Positions 22,298 through 34,662 of a DNA stretch of 64,000 bases are shown one piece after another. Position numbers and translations under genes: made by a program. The stretch's first letter is position 1, and each line of letters begins with the position of its first letter. Source of the stretch: Paraphysomonas bandaiensis. Taxonomy: Eukaryota; Protista; Chrysophyceae. The DNA lies in the NCBI GenBank assembly GCA_965644295.1, contig CBFFRP010000020.1, positions 62,001 through 126,000 on the forward strand, read 5' to 3'. The notes under the pieces were generated by a model, which was given only the letters and a program-made list of their open reading frames with translations, was not told where the DNA came from and made no database searches.

Positions 22298-23888
22298 AGG
22301 TGATTATTAAAGCTATAAGTTTGTATAGAGTTTAATAGTTATGTCACAAGGCCTTTAGGATTGTGCATATGGAGGCAGTGTACATGTATATGATACCTAG
22401 AGGGTCAATTATTTGGACCAAAAAAGTGAATTAAGGAAATAAAAACAGAGGTTTATAGCAATTAATATGTCAATATAATGCAAGAAACCCTATAGGAAAT
22501 TAAAACCTCCATTTTTAGGAAATCATGATGTGCAAAACTCTACCCCGGATGCAAATATGCCATTGTGGTTCCAGCAGTTCCAGTTGCTTGTGTGTATTTT
22601 TTTCAGAAGTAGAAAAAAACAATGTTTTCACAGACACAATCTCTAAAAAGCCCTTATTTTAAACTAAAATACATCATAAAACCAAAATGCATCGTTTGAT
22701 AAGTGTATGCGGTATGGTACTATAGCTAGTTAGGGCTGTTGGACATGGAATGTACACTGTACACTATACATTGCAACAAAGTAAACAGTGATGGTGATAT
22801 ATCATAAAGCGAGTTCGATATAGACTTGATACAAGAGTAAGCAGAAAGATTGTTATTGTGAACACAATAAAGGGGACATAAGAATCATAAAGCACAGAGA
22901 CGACAACGAATCAACTCAAACACACTGTAGCAGACGTACTACAGCTTAATAAACACCATCATATGAGAATTATTGTTACGTAGAGGAGATAAGTTGCCAT
23001 ATTGTTTTCTTACAGTATGAAGAGGGAGACTCCATTGTCATATGTTGTGGATATCAGTGCAGCTGCACCGTTACCTGCCATCTCCTTCACAGTAAGTGCT
23101 GTAGCACTCAATATAAAAGGAAAACACACTAAGCAAATCATACCTTAATTTGTTAAGGAACAATGTGATTAATTTTACATCTAAAGTAACGAATATCGAG
23201 CTCTATATTTTGGTTCTTACAGATTACAGACTTACAGACTATATATAGATTCTGATATATATAGATTTATCTATAACATAAAGTCATGATAGAAATGGAT
23301 GACGGCCGGTTAATTTCAACTGCAAGTAGTATACTATTGGGCTGCGTATTGGAAATTGCTCATTTTAAGCTAGATCACAGAGAGAATTTGTCGTAAGACT
23401 AGATAGATTTATTAATATCGTTTACACGAAGTTGTGATAACCAACACTAACTCATTTTAATTTACGCATAATATCCTACATATGCGAACCTCTCGTTACT
23501 GAACATATCTTGAAAGATCAAACTATTTCAGTTTCTCAATATCATCATAGCATTTGTACATCACTATATTTCGCTGTATTCTCGTACATTGTCTTCAAGT
23601 GACATACTGAATATACTAGAATAAGATCCATATTCTAATACTGCGAAGGTCCTTTGGCAAATTTCAGCTACCACCCAAAAATGTAACTTATTATACATAT
23701 TATTATATTTTTCGACAAGTTCACTGCTGTCGAAATTCAGCATATACGAAATCTACGTTATGAAAGCATGAAATAACACAGAGCAATTATATCAAAATAG
23801 TATCATGAGCTGTTCTATAGCGGCAGCACACTATACATATGCGAAAACACACAGAATTTCAACTATTTCACACTGATATATAACGAGT

Positions 23889-26048
23889 TCAGTCAGCATT
23901 AATCCCGTATTGTCGGAACAAAGCTGCATTCATTTCTTTTTCTTTCTGCGTCATGGTTTCTATAATAAGATCTATGTTACAGTACACAGTGCCATACATC
24001 AATATATTAACCAACCTTTCAAAGAACTCAAAGACCGAGCACGCATCATACTGAGTTGTGAGTCCAGCAGCTCTGTGTACTTTGCTGCGGCGTCATGTCT
24101 AGCTTTACGTTGTCGCTCTTGGCTCTTCAAGAAATCTCGCTGGTGTTTCTCCATTGCCATTCTTACCTGCATCACACAATAATAATGAAATAATAATAGA
24201 ATATACAATCGCCAACACACCTTATATTGGTCCTCGGACTTAGTGTCCCTATTCATGGCATCCTGCTTGCGTTGTCTTGCAAATTCCTCCTTCATGTTTT
24301 GTTTTGTACGCTCGATGCGGTTATTTGTTGCTGAATAACAACTGTTAATGGATTTCATGCCTATCTACAAGACTATGCGTACTCTCTTCAGATATCTTCA
24401 GCTGTCTACTGAGGCTGTTTTCGGCCTTTACAAACGTTTCCATCAGCTCCTGTTCTTTTCGCTTTGCTTCTTCGTGAATTTTCTATAGAAAAGCACGCAT
24501 AAGCCACAGCTATCGTGCATATAAAAATACAACCTTTGCCATTAGGAAAGTGCCTCTGTCAGTACTATTACTGGCTGCTTTGCGATCCACCTCAGCCTTA
24601 CGTCTCTCGTCCTCAATGCGGAACTTATCATCCAGCTCCTTGACATATTTTCTGTGAACTAGAGCGTTAGTGCATAAACGTACTGTAAAACGAAGGTCTT
24701 GCCTGTCTCTCTTATGGTTTTCCTCTCGCTCTCTCTGGCGCTTAGCAAGAATCGCCTGGTTCTCCTCGAACAGTCGACTCATCTCTTTGGCCTGTTGCTC
24801 CTTTTGTCGCCTTGCTTTCTCTTTCTCAGCCTCTGTACAAGCATGGTGTTAGTTAACTGCACCTCACAGAAAGAGCACTTGTCTAACAACGTAAACATGT
24901 ATATACCTAGCTCCATTTGAGCTTTACGCACAACATAGGCCGAGCTCTCAAGTTCCTGCTGTAACTCCTCCTCTTTTCGCTTTTTCTTCACGTTCATATC
25001 ATGAAGTGCATTTTCCACAAACTTCATACAGTATAGCGTCATAGCGCACAGAGAGAATGATAGTTATAGCTAGCTACCTGCTTGTGTTTAACGGACCGCT
25101 GAGCTTCTCTCAATCTGTTCCTCTCCTCGAACTGTGCCCACTGTATTACAAGCCAGGCATAAGCACTTATCACTTGCACATTCCCTATATTCTTACCGTT
25201 CCACCAGTGGAATTCGCCATGACATCTCCTCCAAAGACTTGAGTTCGTTCCAAGTGGCTTTTGATCGCAAGCTGCTCGCGAAGTTTCTCTCCATAGGCAG
25301 CATCCGCTGCCTCCTTCTCGGCCCTCTTACGGATATTGTTGCGCTCCTGCGAGGACAAGTAAGATAATCCAAGGTAGACTCTAAATACGGATTGACCTCT
25401 TCTGCAATCTGCTCACGCAATATTTTGCCCCAGACATCTTCTTTTTTAGACCTGTACACATCTGCCAGAGTCGCACCGTCCGGTCGCACCTTGCGAACTT
25501 TAGGAAGAAATATATCACTGCGGTCGTCCACCCTGATATCTTGTTTCGCAGTACGAGCCAATGCTTCGTTGGTCATCTTACGAACTGTGGCTTGGTGACT
25601 GCGGTGACGTTAACTTGGTATAAGCGATAAGCACACACAACTTACGTAAGCCCACGCTGCGCCAGTTCTTTCGTCAGAGCATCGTTATCATCGCGATATG
25701 AAGGAGGACCTGATCTATTAAACATATCCTACACAATACTTAGTTTAGTAAACAAGGATATAATAGTGCATACCTCGTCTATAGTTCCGGCGAATGACCG
25801 GTTCATTGTTTCCATCGATGTGGCTGGTCGTCTATTGCTGAATCCACTCAATGAACGAAAATGAGATCTTTTATTCGGAGATAACGATTGTGAGAGTCCA
25901 CCATGCCTAGATGGGCTCTGTAAAGTAATGCATTAGCATACTGTATAGAGTTAATCTGATAATGAGGTACCCTGGACTCATTCTTTACTCTTCTTGCATC
26001 AATTGTTTTCTGAGCAAGAATCTGCTCACGTTTTGTCATCTTCTTCAT
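23889..26048 (-). CDS. Long E/K/R/Q-rich coiled-coil protein, possibly cilium/flagellum associated (multi-exon)
   Basis: Chain of minus-strand exons with GT-AG introns, charged helical composition, DVWGKIL motif and C-terminal MTQKEKEMNAALF. The functional guess is inference. Confidence 0.6.
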
Positions 26049-26412
26049 TGTGACGGATAAGATTTCACTGATTGTAAGTCTAAAGTATTATATTCTAATG
26101 ATATTATCCCTATATAATGTGCATAGAGATGACTTATATATATATCATCATGCATCCTGCAGTTACGATACCATCCAGCCACAGCCAGCTGCACTGTGTA
26201 TATATATACATACATGTATATATGAGATCCTTCCATTCAAGCGTGAAACTGCCACACTGTTACTGTACAAAAAATATAGATTTCTACAAAAATAGGGATT
26301 TTATGCAAAAAAAGCCCGTACCAAGCAAAATTCCGCTACCATCATATACAGTGTGTATCTGCTATCTTAACGCAAGTGCACTGTAGAAATACTCTGTATG
26401 TGGATGTGGATA

Positions 26413-26564
26413 GCATATCGATTTCATCAATTTATTTCATCAAAAAATCATCGTTTTTTCAATGAAAAGTGAAAAAAGTGACTTTTTAATGAAAAAACGA
26501 TGATTTTTTCAATGAAATAAACGATGAACAAATCGATGAAATCGATATGCACAACCACCCCCTG
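26413..26564. mobile_element. MITE family 2 (palindromic), left TIR truncated
   Basis: Highly similar to 49286-49466; ends gatatgcacaaccaccccctg followed by TA. Confidence 0.85.
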
Positions 26565-26711
26565 TATATATGGGTATTTTTTGGGATCTAGCACCAATAT
26601 TTATATAAAAAGTGCTGATATTTATGTTTTCAGTATACGGTATATTGGGATATTGAGCAATTGTACTGCAGTTTGGTATAGATGTTGGGTCCAGTAGTGT
26701 GGTGTGGTTAG

Positions 26712-26867
26712 ATCGTATCGGCAGTCAGCATCATATGTTTTCGGGAATAAATTGAAGCAAATATTCTCTATATTACTGCAATACAACAACGGCTGGAATA
26801 CAGACAATTGTTGTCTCAATAATAGAGGCATCTTTGAACAAAAATATACAAAGGATGCCCATACGAT
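26712..26867 (-). mobile_element. MITE family 1, full-length copy
   Basis: TIRs atcgtatcggca ... tgcccatacgat; reverse complement of the 44872-45025 copy. Confidence 0.85.
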
Positions 26868-26963
26868 ATCCAGATATGCAACCACAGCGAGTTCATAGTG
26901 GCACATCCATCATATGTGTAGATTACGGAGAGTAATAGATTGATTCTACTATTCAGATAGCAA

Positions 26964-27815
26964 ATGTTTCTACATTCTAAGCGTTTAGTTGCTGTTGCAT
27001 CATTTCTTGCATGTAACCATATAAAGGATCATATATATGCACAAGAAGGGTTACCAACTAGTCAATGTGCATGCAATACACAGGAGACTAATAAGACAGC
27101 AGGTATTAGCTCATTGACTGTGCCTCAAAGTGTGGGGTGTAGTTGGAATTCAAACTGGGATCTTAGAGGTGATAATCAGAAGGACGAGGAGAAGAAATCC
27201 AAAGGAGTCAGCCATCAGATTATATTAATACGACACGGACAGTATGAGTTTGGTGATTCTGATGAGAAGCGGGTGTTGACTGATCTGGGACGACAGCAAG
27301 CGAATCGGACAGGTGAGAGGTTGCTGGAGTTGCACAATAGCGGAAAGATCCATCCCATTAAGTATGTCTACTACTCTCCGTTGGCTCGTGCAACTGAGAC
27401 ACATTCCACTATAAGTTTGCATCTACCTAAAACTATCCTCAAACACAATGTTCAGCCGTGTTCTATGATCCGGGAAGGAGCAGTATGTGTGCCATGTCCT
27501 ATTCATCCCACGTGGCGTCCTACTGATGAAATGGTTGCAAAGGACGGGGCAAGAGTAGAGGCTGCTTTCATAAATCATATGCATAGAGCAGATAAAACTG
27601 AGGACGCCGACTACTCAACAGTGTTAGTATGTCACGGCAACGTAATACGCTATTTCGTGATGCGTGCATTACAATTACCGACGAATGCTTGGCTCCGTAC
27701 GTCAGTTGCCAACAGCTCTATTACTATCATTAACGTAAGTCCTTCGGGGAATGTATCACTTCAATGCATGGGAGAATCTGGTCATCTTTTGGCCCATCAA
27801 ATTACATTTAACTAG
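26964..27815 (+). CDS. PGAM5: Mitochondrial Ser/Thr/His phosphatase PGAM5
   Basis: WNSNWD (WDxNWD-like motif), LIRHGQY, SPLARATET, IREGA, and LVCHGNVIRYFVMRALQLP..AWLR. Confidence 0.92.
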   Translation: MFLHSKRLVAVASFLACNHIKDHIYAQEGLPTSQCACNTQETNKTAGISSLTVPQSVGCSWNSNWDLRGDNQKDEEKKSKGVSHQIILIRHGQYEFGDSDEKRVLTDLGRQQANRTGERLLELHNSGKIHPIKYVYYSPLARATETHSTISLHLPKTILKHNVQPCSMIREGAVCVPCPIHPTWRPTDEMVAKDGARVEAAFINHMHRADKTEDADYSTVLVCHGNVIRYFVMRALQLPTNAWLRTSVANSSITIINVSPSGNVSLQCMGESGHLLAHQITFN

Positions 27816-28099
27816 ATCGTTGCTTGAGAAATTTTACATTTATTGATATTTTCCGAAAGCACGCTACGAATAAATTTAAGCACTAAGAAGGAAAGTTTTG
27901 GTGAGGATAGTGTTTCGATTACTGGATACGATTAAACGGCTAAGCCAACAATTAAGAAGACAAGGCAGTGTGGTAGTAGTCAGTAGTGCTGATACGCGGC
28001 CAATCCCAGTGAAAAGTACTGCGTAATTGCATTGTATAGAAATAGATAATAGTATTAAAAATAATTACACTAGCTTTCAATAACACTACACGAGCACCA

Positions 28100-29449
28100 C
28101 TACGTGTCACCAGGTGGTTGAACCACAACTATTTCTGCAACACTTCTAGAGCAGCTAATAGGGCAGCTCCAAACTGCCACGACTCCGAAATCAATACTAT
28201 CTATATCTATACCTTCTTCCGGTGAAGTAACAATAATACTCTTTGTCAAGTGAGATATCAGACCTGGCATCAGCTGCATTTCAAATACTCGCTCGCTTCC
28301 ACAACCAGAGCACACTGCCACGGATGAGGAATCTTCTGGAACAGGATGAGTGCACCACAGTGGAGACCCTCCGTATGCGTAACGAAGAACCTGCCTGGGC
28401 TCTCTTGTTACTCTTCGTCGAAAACTTTCTTCCACTTGTGTCTTCTTTTTACCATCCCGTATTATACCAGTCCTTGCGGTTCTCACACGAGAAATTACTC
28501 CCTGGAGTTCTCTGACATCTTCTCCATCATCTTCCTCATCAGAGGAATCACCGCCAATATCACGACAGGTGTCTAACATGGCAAGAACTCTATCTCTGTC
28601 CTCATCTTCCTCGCCTTGTGATTCTGATAGATATCTATTCACAGATACAAAGAAGACAGTTATAAATGCCAGTCAAAACACTACCGACACCACCTGCGAA
28701 GTAACTCCTCTTCGTGCGAGGTGTCGGCACCAGTAGCAGATGGCTCTTCATATTCATCCAAAACAACTACCGGTGTTCCACCAGAATCAGGAACAGTAGT
28801 GGATGGTGGAGGTAAAGGAGCAGTTGGTGCCGTTGCGGGTGTCGTTGCATCGCGTGTGTCGAGGAGGGCCAACAAATCCGACAGGTCATCATCTCCAGAT
28901 TGTAAACTCTCATTTGAGCACACTGCGGACCAATCTAAAAATATACTATCACGAGCGTATAGTTACTATTTTGAATTGCTAACCCGTTGATGGAGGGGCA
29001 GGAGGGGCATTTGAACTGGAAAGGGGTTCTGTAGGAACTTGATTTTGACCTTGGTCCTCGTGAGTCTGGTCTCTATATACACGCCACCCGCCACTCTTCT
29101 GAGCGCATCCGGAAGGACAGCAATAGAAGTATAAACACCGATCTACCTGTGCATCAATTGAGTGCAACAGATATACGAACGGATCATCATACCTGTGTAG
29201 GGGCATATACTTGACACACAAACACCATCACTTTACTGCATTCACATACAGGAGACTCAGCAGATGGTAATGGAGAAACAGACAGCCATAACTAGTTCAA
29301 AATAATCAGATCTCATGTAATATGGGTGTCACAATAACACTCACAGGACGTCCACCTAACTTGCTCTTAGTTGCATCCAATGAACTGTCTGTAGAGTGTT
29401 TTTTACATGGTACACCAAGTGTGACTACTTCGGTAGTGTCAGAAAACAT
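28100..29449 (-). CDS. PDCD2/PDCD2L (Tsr4-like) ribosomal protein chaperone (multi-exon)
   Basis: N-terminal VTLG...SKLGGRP, DRCLYFYCC, C-terminal QVLRY..GGSPLW, CxxCG..RVFEMQLMP and DFGVVAVWSC..SC. Confidence 0.88.
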
Positions 29450-29548
29450 TTCAGAAGGAATGGTGAGGTATGGCAGGTGTCTGACTTAGAGATGAAGCAG
29501 AGAGAAGAAGAACCATATATTCACAACATATGTACTTGTACTTACATA

Positions 29549-29800
29549 CCTACCTACCTACAGTACATACATACATACATACATACATACATACATACAT
29601 ACATACATACATACATACATACCTACCTACCTACAGTACATACATACATACATACATACATACATACATACATACATACATACATACATACATACATACA
29701 TACATACATACATACATACATACATACATACATACATACATACATACATACATACATACATACATACATACATACATACATACATACATACATACATACA
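29549..29800. repeat. (CATA)n microsatellite with a duplicated cctacctacctacag interruption
   Basis: Directly visible in the sequence; it is the reverse complement of the motif at 8575-8728. Confidence 0.97.
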
Positions 29801-29907
29801 CCACACACTAGATATCTATTAACACCATCAAGAAGTAATGAAGTGAGGTCAGTATCTTCGCGGGTTACAGTCTACCTTCACCTATCAGTATACATACATA
29901 TATAGAT

Positions 29908-31416
29908 ATGTCATCTCTACCAGTGCATATGACCCCTCCATCTCCCCCTAACTATCACAGTATACATAAACCATATCCACCTGACATTTCATATCAATTG
30001 AATTCATACGACGATACCAATACCTTCAATAGAATATGGGCACTATCTAAACTATCTCTTCCTATTATATCATCCTTCTTACTAAGCATATCCGCTCGAT
30101 GTATTACTATGTACTTTGCGGGTAATTTAAGTAGTACTCGAGACAATATCAGTATATTTGCAGGGATTGCATTAGCTCTTACATTTGTTAATGTAACCTT
30201 TATATCTATAGCAGATGGAGTATCTACTGCGGTTGAAACATTATCTAGTCAACATTATGGTGCTCAGAACTATAAAGAAGTGGGGGATATACTCTATCGG
30301 TCGATATTTGTATTGGGGATCATTGCTGTGCCTATTTTATCAATGTGGTGGTTTGCTAGTAGTTATTTTATGTATATAGGGGTAGAAGAATCAACATGTG
30401 CTGTGTTGCATACGTTTATTACTATACGGATGTTGGCTATTCCAGCAGATATTGTGTGGCTCTCTTATGAAAAATATTTGATTGCTATAAACATCCGCAG
30501 CCCTAGTCTCTACGCTGCTATAGCTCACAACATCTCTATACTTGCTGTACAGTACCTGCTAGTGCATATAGCTGACTTAGGGGTGGAAGGACTTGCGTGG
30601 TCTCTAGTCATATGCAACACCGTCAAGGCTTGTACTATGATAGCTGTGAGTTCTAGTTTTTCTGCAGTGCAACTGACACTACATCCTCCCACGGTGGCAG
30701 CATTGCATGACCTGCAGGAGTTTGCGTCGTTTGGTCTACCCGGTTGTGTGATGATATGTGCGGAGTGGTGGGCGTTTGAAATAATCACTATCATGGCGAG
30801 CTTAATCAGCAGTGCTGCTGTTTCTGCGCTCTCTATCGCCCAGCAAATCATGGGAATTGCGTTCATGATTCCTATGGGGATTGGTATTGTGGCTAGCACT
30901 GTGGTAGGAAATGCCTTGGGGGCGGGAGACCTTGCACTTGCCACTGATCTTGGTTTTCTATCCGTACAGTATATGGCCGTGTTGTCATTGCTCATCTGCC
31001 CTCTAATCCTGCTGCTTGGTCCAGCTTTCATGCACCTTTACTCTGCCGATCCAGAAGTCATCTCTATCTGTAACGCCCTCACAGTCCTTGTAGCACTATC
31101 GACCCTCTTTGATGGGTTGCAAGGGGTGGCTTCCGGCGTCGTTCGAGGAGCAGGAAAGCAGAGGGCTGGTGCGTTACTGAATATAGTGGCATTCTACGTA
31201 TTTGGTATTCCAGTAGCATGGTTTCTATGCTTCAAATATAGTATGGGAGTTCGTGGGTTGATGATAGGTGTGATTGTAGGATCAGCAACGCAAGCAGTAG
31301 TACTGATATATGTTGTGCTGTATAGAACCATGGATTTGTACACCGAAATTTACAGCGTATCCCGGAGATCGGACGTATTATATTCCCCTACAGGCTCAGT
31401 CCGATCCGGAATGTGA
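29908..31416 (+). CDS. MATE family efflux transporter
   Basis: 502 aa intronless ORF with about 12 TM helices, ETLSSQHYGA, CAEWWAFE, VGNALGAG and DGLQGVASGVVRGAGKQ. Confidence 0.95.
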   Translation: MSSLPVHMTPPSPPNYHSIHKPYPPDISYQLNSYDDTNTFNRIWALSKLSLPIISSFLLSISARCITMYFAGNLSSTRDNISIFAGIALALTFVNVTFISIADGVSTAVETLSSQHYGAQNYKEVGDILYRSIFVLGIIAVPILSMWWFASSYFMYIGVEESTCAVLHTFITIRMLAIPADIVWLSYEKYLIAINIRSPSLYAAIAHNISILAVQYLLVHIADLGVEGLAWSLVICNTVKACTMIAVSSSFSAVQLTLHPPTVAALHDLQEFASFGLPGCVMICAEWWAFEIITIMASLISSAAVSALSIAQQIMGIAFMIPMGIGIVASTVVGNALGAGDLALATDLGFLSVQYMAVLSLLICPLILLLGPAFMHLYSADPEVISICNALTVLVALSTLFDGLQGVASGVVRGAGKQRAGALLNIVAFYVFGIPVAWFLCFKYSMGVRGLMIGVIVGSATQAVVLIYVVLYRTMDLYTEIYSVSRRSDVLYSPTGSVRSGM

Positions 31417-31483
31417 GTCTCTTGTATCATATCCATTTTCCTTAGTAATTTGACACACATATTGAACTTAATTTCGAGATTGT

Positions 31484-31528
31484 CCATATTGACAGCGTAA
31501 CTAATCACCGCGTGCGGCTCTCTAGTGG
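31484..31528 (+). repeat. 45-bp direct repeat containing CTAG near its 3' end, copy 1 (possible Helitron 3' end)
   Basis: ccatattgacagcgtaactaatcaccgcgtgcggctctctagtgg has 2 mismatches to 35731-35775. Confidence 0.8.
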
Positions 31529-32029
31529 TATTACAAGTATACAAAGAAACTGAAAATATAGTAGCTGTTAAAGATATGATTTGTAGAACAGAATGTTGAT
31601 GTTGGTTCCTAACTCACAGTGCTACAACATCATAAACTTACTATATCTCTTATAATATCAATCAGTCAATATTGCACTAACTAAAAGCTTAAATTAATAA
31701 TATTAGACAACAATGCTCATGCATCTCTACAGGCACTTTGTGGAAACTTTGTTCACAATCTTCTCAATGCTCTGTAGATTTAGAGAATAGTTTCCTGAGC
31801 GAGCAATATCTATAGCGACGTACTCATATACCCAAAAACTCTAAAATAATCATTGAAAATATGCACATTTCACCTAGACAACATTCATAAAAATACTATT
31901 TTCCCCCAAAGTTGAAAGAAGCAACAGCACACAACTAAGCAAAAAGTAATATTATACTCTGTATTTGTACCATACAGTAGTATATTAAGCAACGATGATG
32001 GCCAAAATATTTATGGCAGTGTAATTTAC

Positions 32030-33219
32030 AGAGTCTTCTTCCGAGTGGATTCAGAGAATCCTCTGTTTCAGGATTTGTTCGTTGTGCAATGATCGCCTTA
32101 AACAAAATATAAAGCGAGGTTACATACATACATGAGTTGTGTTAATCATATAACCAGAGGGGAAACAAACATGCGGATTTTTCTTGGCGAGAGGAACTCG
32201 AGAGAATTTTGGGAAGTAAAAGACTTCATGGGGGCCATTTATTGTCCTTTGTAAGATAGAAAGTATCTCCTGCTGCAAGGAACTCATTTCGGTGGCTGGA
32301 ATAGATAGTTATAAACGACGAACCATTTTCTATCGTGGAGAATAAAAGTATGTTTGGAAGACCAATTTAGCACCCATCTCAGTGACGGCGGTGATGAAAT
32401 ATTTACAACGCACACATACATATATACTCGTGTCGTGGAAAGGAAGTTCAGTATTATGTTACCAGATAAATTTGGTCTAGTTTTTCGATTACACGTCAGA
32501 TCATTAAAGGAAAATGAAGCTGGGGTTACTCGTGTGTTACTATGATACGGACCTCAAGAGCAACCGGACGAAAACGATTTACATTCTTTTCTTGGTGAAT
32601 GTAATTTCCCGAGCACCCTGGAAGATAAGATTCTTACTCCAGCTAAATTTCGAGTTCTGAAACAATATTTGACGCAACGTGAAAAGTTACAGAGTGTTGC
32701 GCTGGCCTTAATTACAAAGAGATGGAACCAATTTGTACCAAGCCCGCCAGTTATATGATATATATTTATGCTGCTACAAGAATTTCCAGAGCTGCATCCA
32801 TACCTTTCCCCGAATGCAAGCATTGTTGCCAGTGCAAATTTTGAGAAGGCAGTGGCTAAGTCGTGCAAAGTTGATTATGACACCTGAGCGTAGAAACATG
32901 AATCCATATCGTCTAGAATCGTTGCTATTCCTACGAGCCAATTACATGTTGTGGGATGTTTATACCCTCCATGAAACCCTGCAAGAAGATCCTGATGTGT
33001 GTGACAGTAGAGAGAGCGAGAAGTAGTTAAAATTTGTAGTCTACTATTTGTAGTCTGTAGTAATTAAGGGAGCACAACACTATCTATTATATGAGTGGTG
33101 CTATCTACTTTTTAAGTTAGTAGGTATTAATGGCCATTAATGGCTATATATTATTATAATTGCCGGGACATTTTTCATTAAAATGCCATTATAATTGCCG
33201 GGAACTGGACTACCACTCT
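32030..33219 (+). pseudogene. Internally deleted hAT-like transposase relic with right-end repeats
   Basis: Fragments VSPAARNSFRWLE*IVINDEPFSIVEN, VERKFSIMLPDKFGLVF, EFPELHPYLSPNASIVASANFEKAVAK and SRAKLIMTPERRNMNPYRLESLLFLRANYMLWD, with stops and frameshifts. Subterminal duplicated attataattgccggga. Confidence 0.8.
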
Positions 33220-33379
33220 CACTCATCAATAGCTAGTTATATACAACCCGCCCCCACCAAGCCCCCCCGCACTCACAAAAACACCATATGATGTATCAAT
33301 CTGTTGTGACATATTCCCGAATGATTTCACGGGTTTGAGATTGGTTTTTGACGGTCAAGATGTATTTGACACTCATATA

Positions 33380-34251
33380 TTATGATGAAACCTAAACACG
33401 GAGATGACCTCACAACAGCAGCTAAATGCACAGATTGCGACCACACTTCGGACAACATGGCGCACATGCTTCTCCAATGCGCACACCCTGAGATTGCCCA
33501 CATACGTGAACACGCCTTCCACACACAACAAACTCAACTTGACAAACTCCACAGGCAACGACAATCCCTCCCCTGGCTCCACAACGCCCTTACTAGACTG
33601 GTGAGAGATGCATGGGATCCTACCACACCCCAAGTTGAGAGATACTGGACCGGACAACTCACCGCTTCGCAACTAGCAAACGCCTTCGGCCGCAACATTT
33701 CCACCTCATTACTCGAACACCAGTTCCACAAGCTCGAAAAACCCGTCACCAAGATTCTGCTCCCTCTCTACAATGGAGGCTGCAGATATCACAATATCGA
33801 CGCAACGACAAAGGTGGACCCCTGCCAGCTCACAACCACACCACACACACTCTACCACCAATCCAACAATCCTCCAGCTACTTAGAGTAACATCCACTCC
33901 TCGAGCCGCGCCCTCCACGAGACCTCGCTCCCAACGCAGGCCTGCCAACCCGATCAGGAAGCAAACGATCCTTACCACAGAAAGAATCCCAGACACAACT
34001 GGTAATCTCAGACCCTCCGCCGCCGACCCACACTCACAATCAACGATCAACAAGTCATCCCCCACATCCCGGCTCACATGCGGCTCTGGACAGCCGGACA
34101 CACTACACCCAAAGGAAGACCACCAGACTAAATACACTACAAGAAGGATGGTTGCACCAAGGTGCTTGCAGCAATACACAAGCAGTCCCGAGACAACTGA
34201 GCATTTCGTAATCTGTGTTACCACTAGTCTTTATATGTTATGATGAAACCT
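33380..34251 (+). mobile_element. 5'-truncated non-LTR retrotransposon fragment with a 14-bp direct repeat (putative TSD)
   Basis: CTDC...HMLLQC (CCHC zinc knuckle of the LINE ORF2 C-terminus) and C/A-rich composition. ttatgatgaaacct occurs at 33380-33393 and 34238-34251. Confidence 0.65.
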
Positions 34252-34367
34252 TATTCCGCGGGCAGTGATTCAATCGCATATATGCTCTTCATAATATATA
34301 TGGTAGATACAGGACTGTAGATCCTTTAAATTAATGTAATTTATATGGCATTATTTGCGTGATGAGA

Positions 34368-34491
34368 CTTTTTCGGAAATAAATTGAAGCAAATACTCTC
34401 CATATTACTGATATACAACTACGGCTAGAATACAGATAATTATTGTCTCAATATTAGAGGCATCTTTGAACAAAAATAAAAGAAAGATGCC
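34368..34491 (-). mobile_element. MITE family 1, truncated copy
   Basis: Aligns to the body of 26712-26867; the termini are eroded. Confidence 0.8.
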
Positions 34492-34662
34492 GATGGACGC
34501 ATCACTCCCTAGAAACCAGTATGGCTTATAGTAGTATGGCTGGTCCACACCATCCACCATTAACGCAAAGTGACTCTACTGAAATCATTATTTAGCTCAA
34601 TGGTTTATTTTCTTGATTTCAAATGAACACTCCATTGGTTCAAACTTTAACTTTATTGAGAT

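Noticed and set aside
33381-33390. atgatga as a snoRNA box C
   Set aside because: No convincing box D or terminal stem; better explained as part of the direct repeat flanking the LINE fragment.
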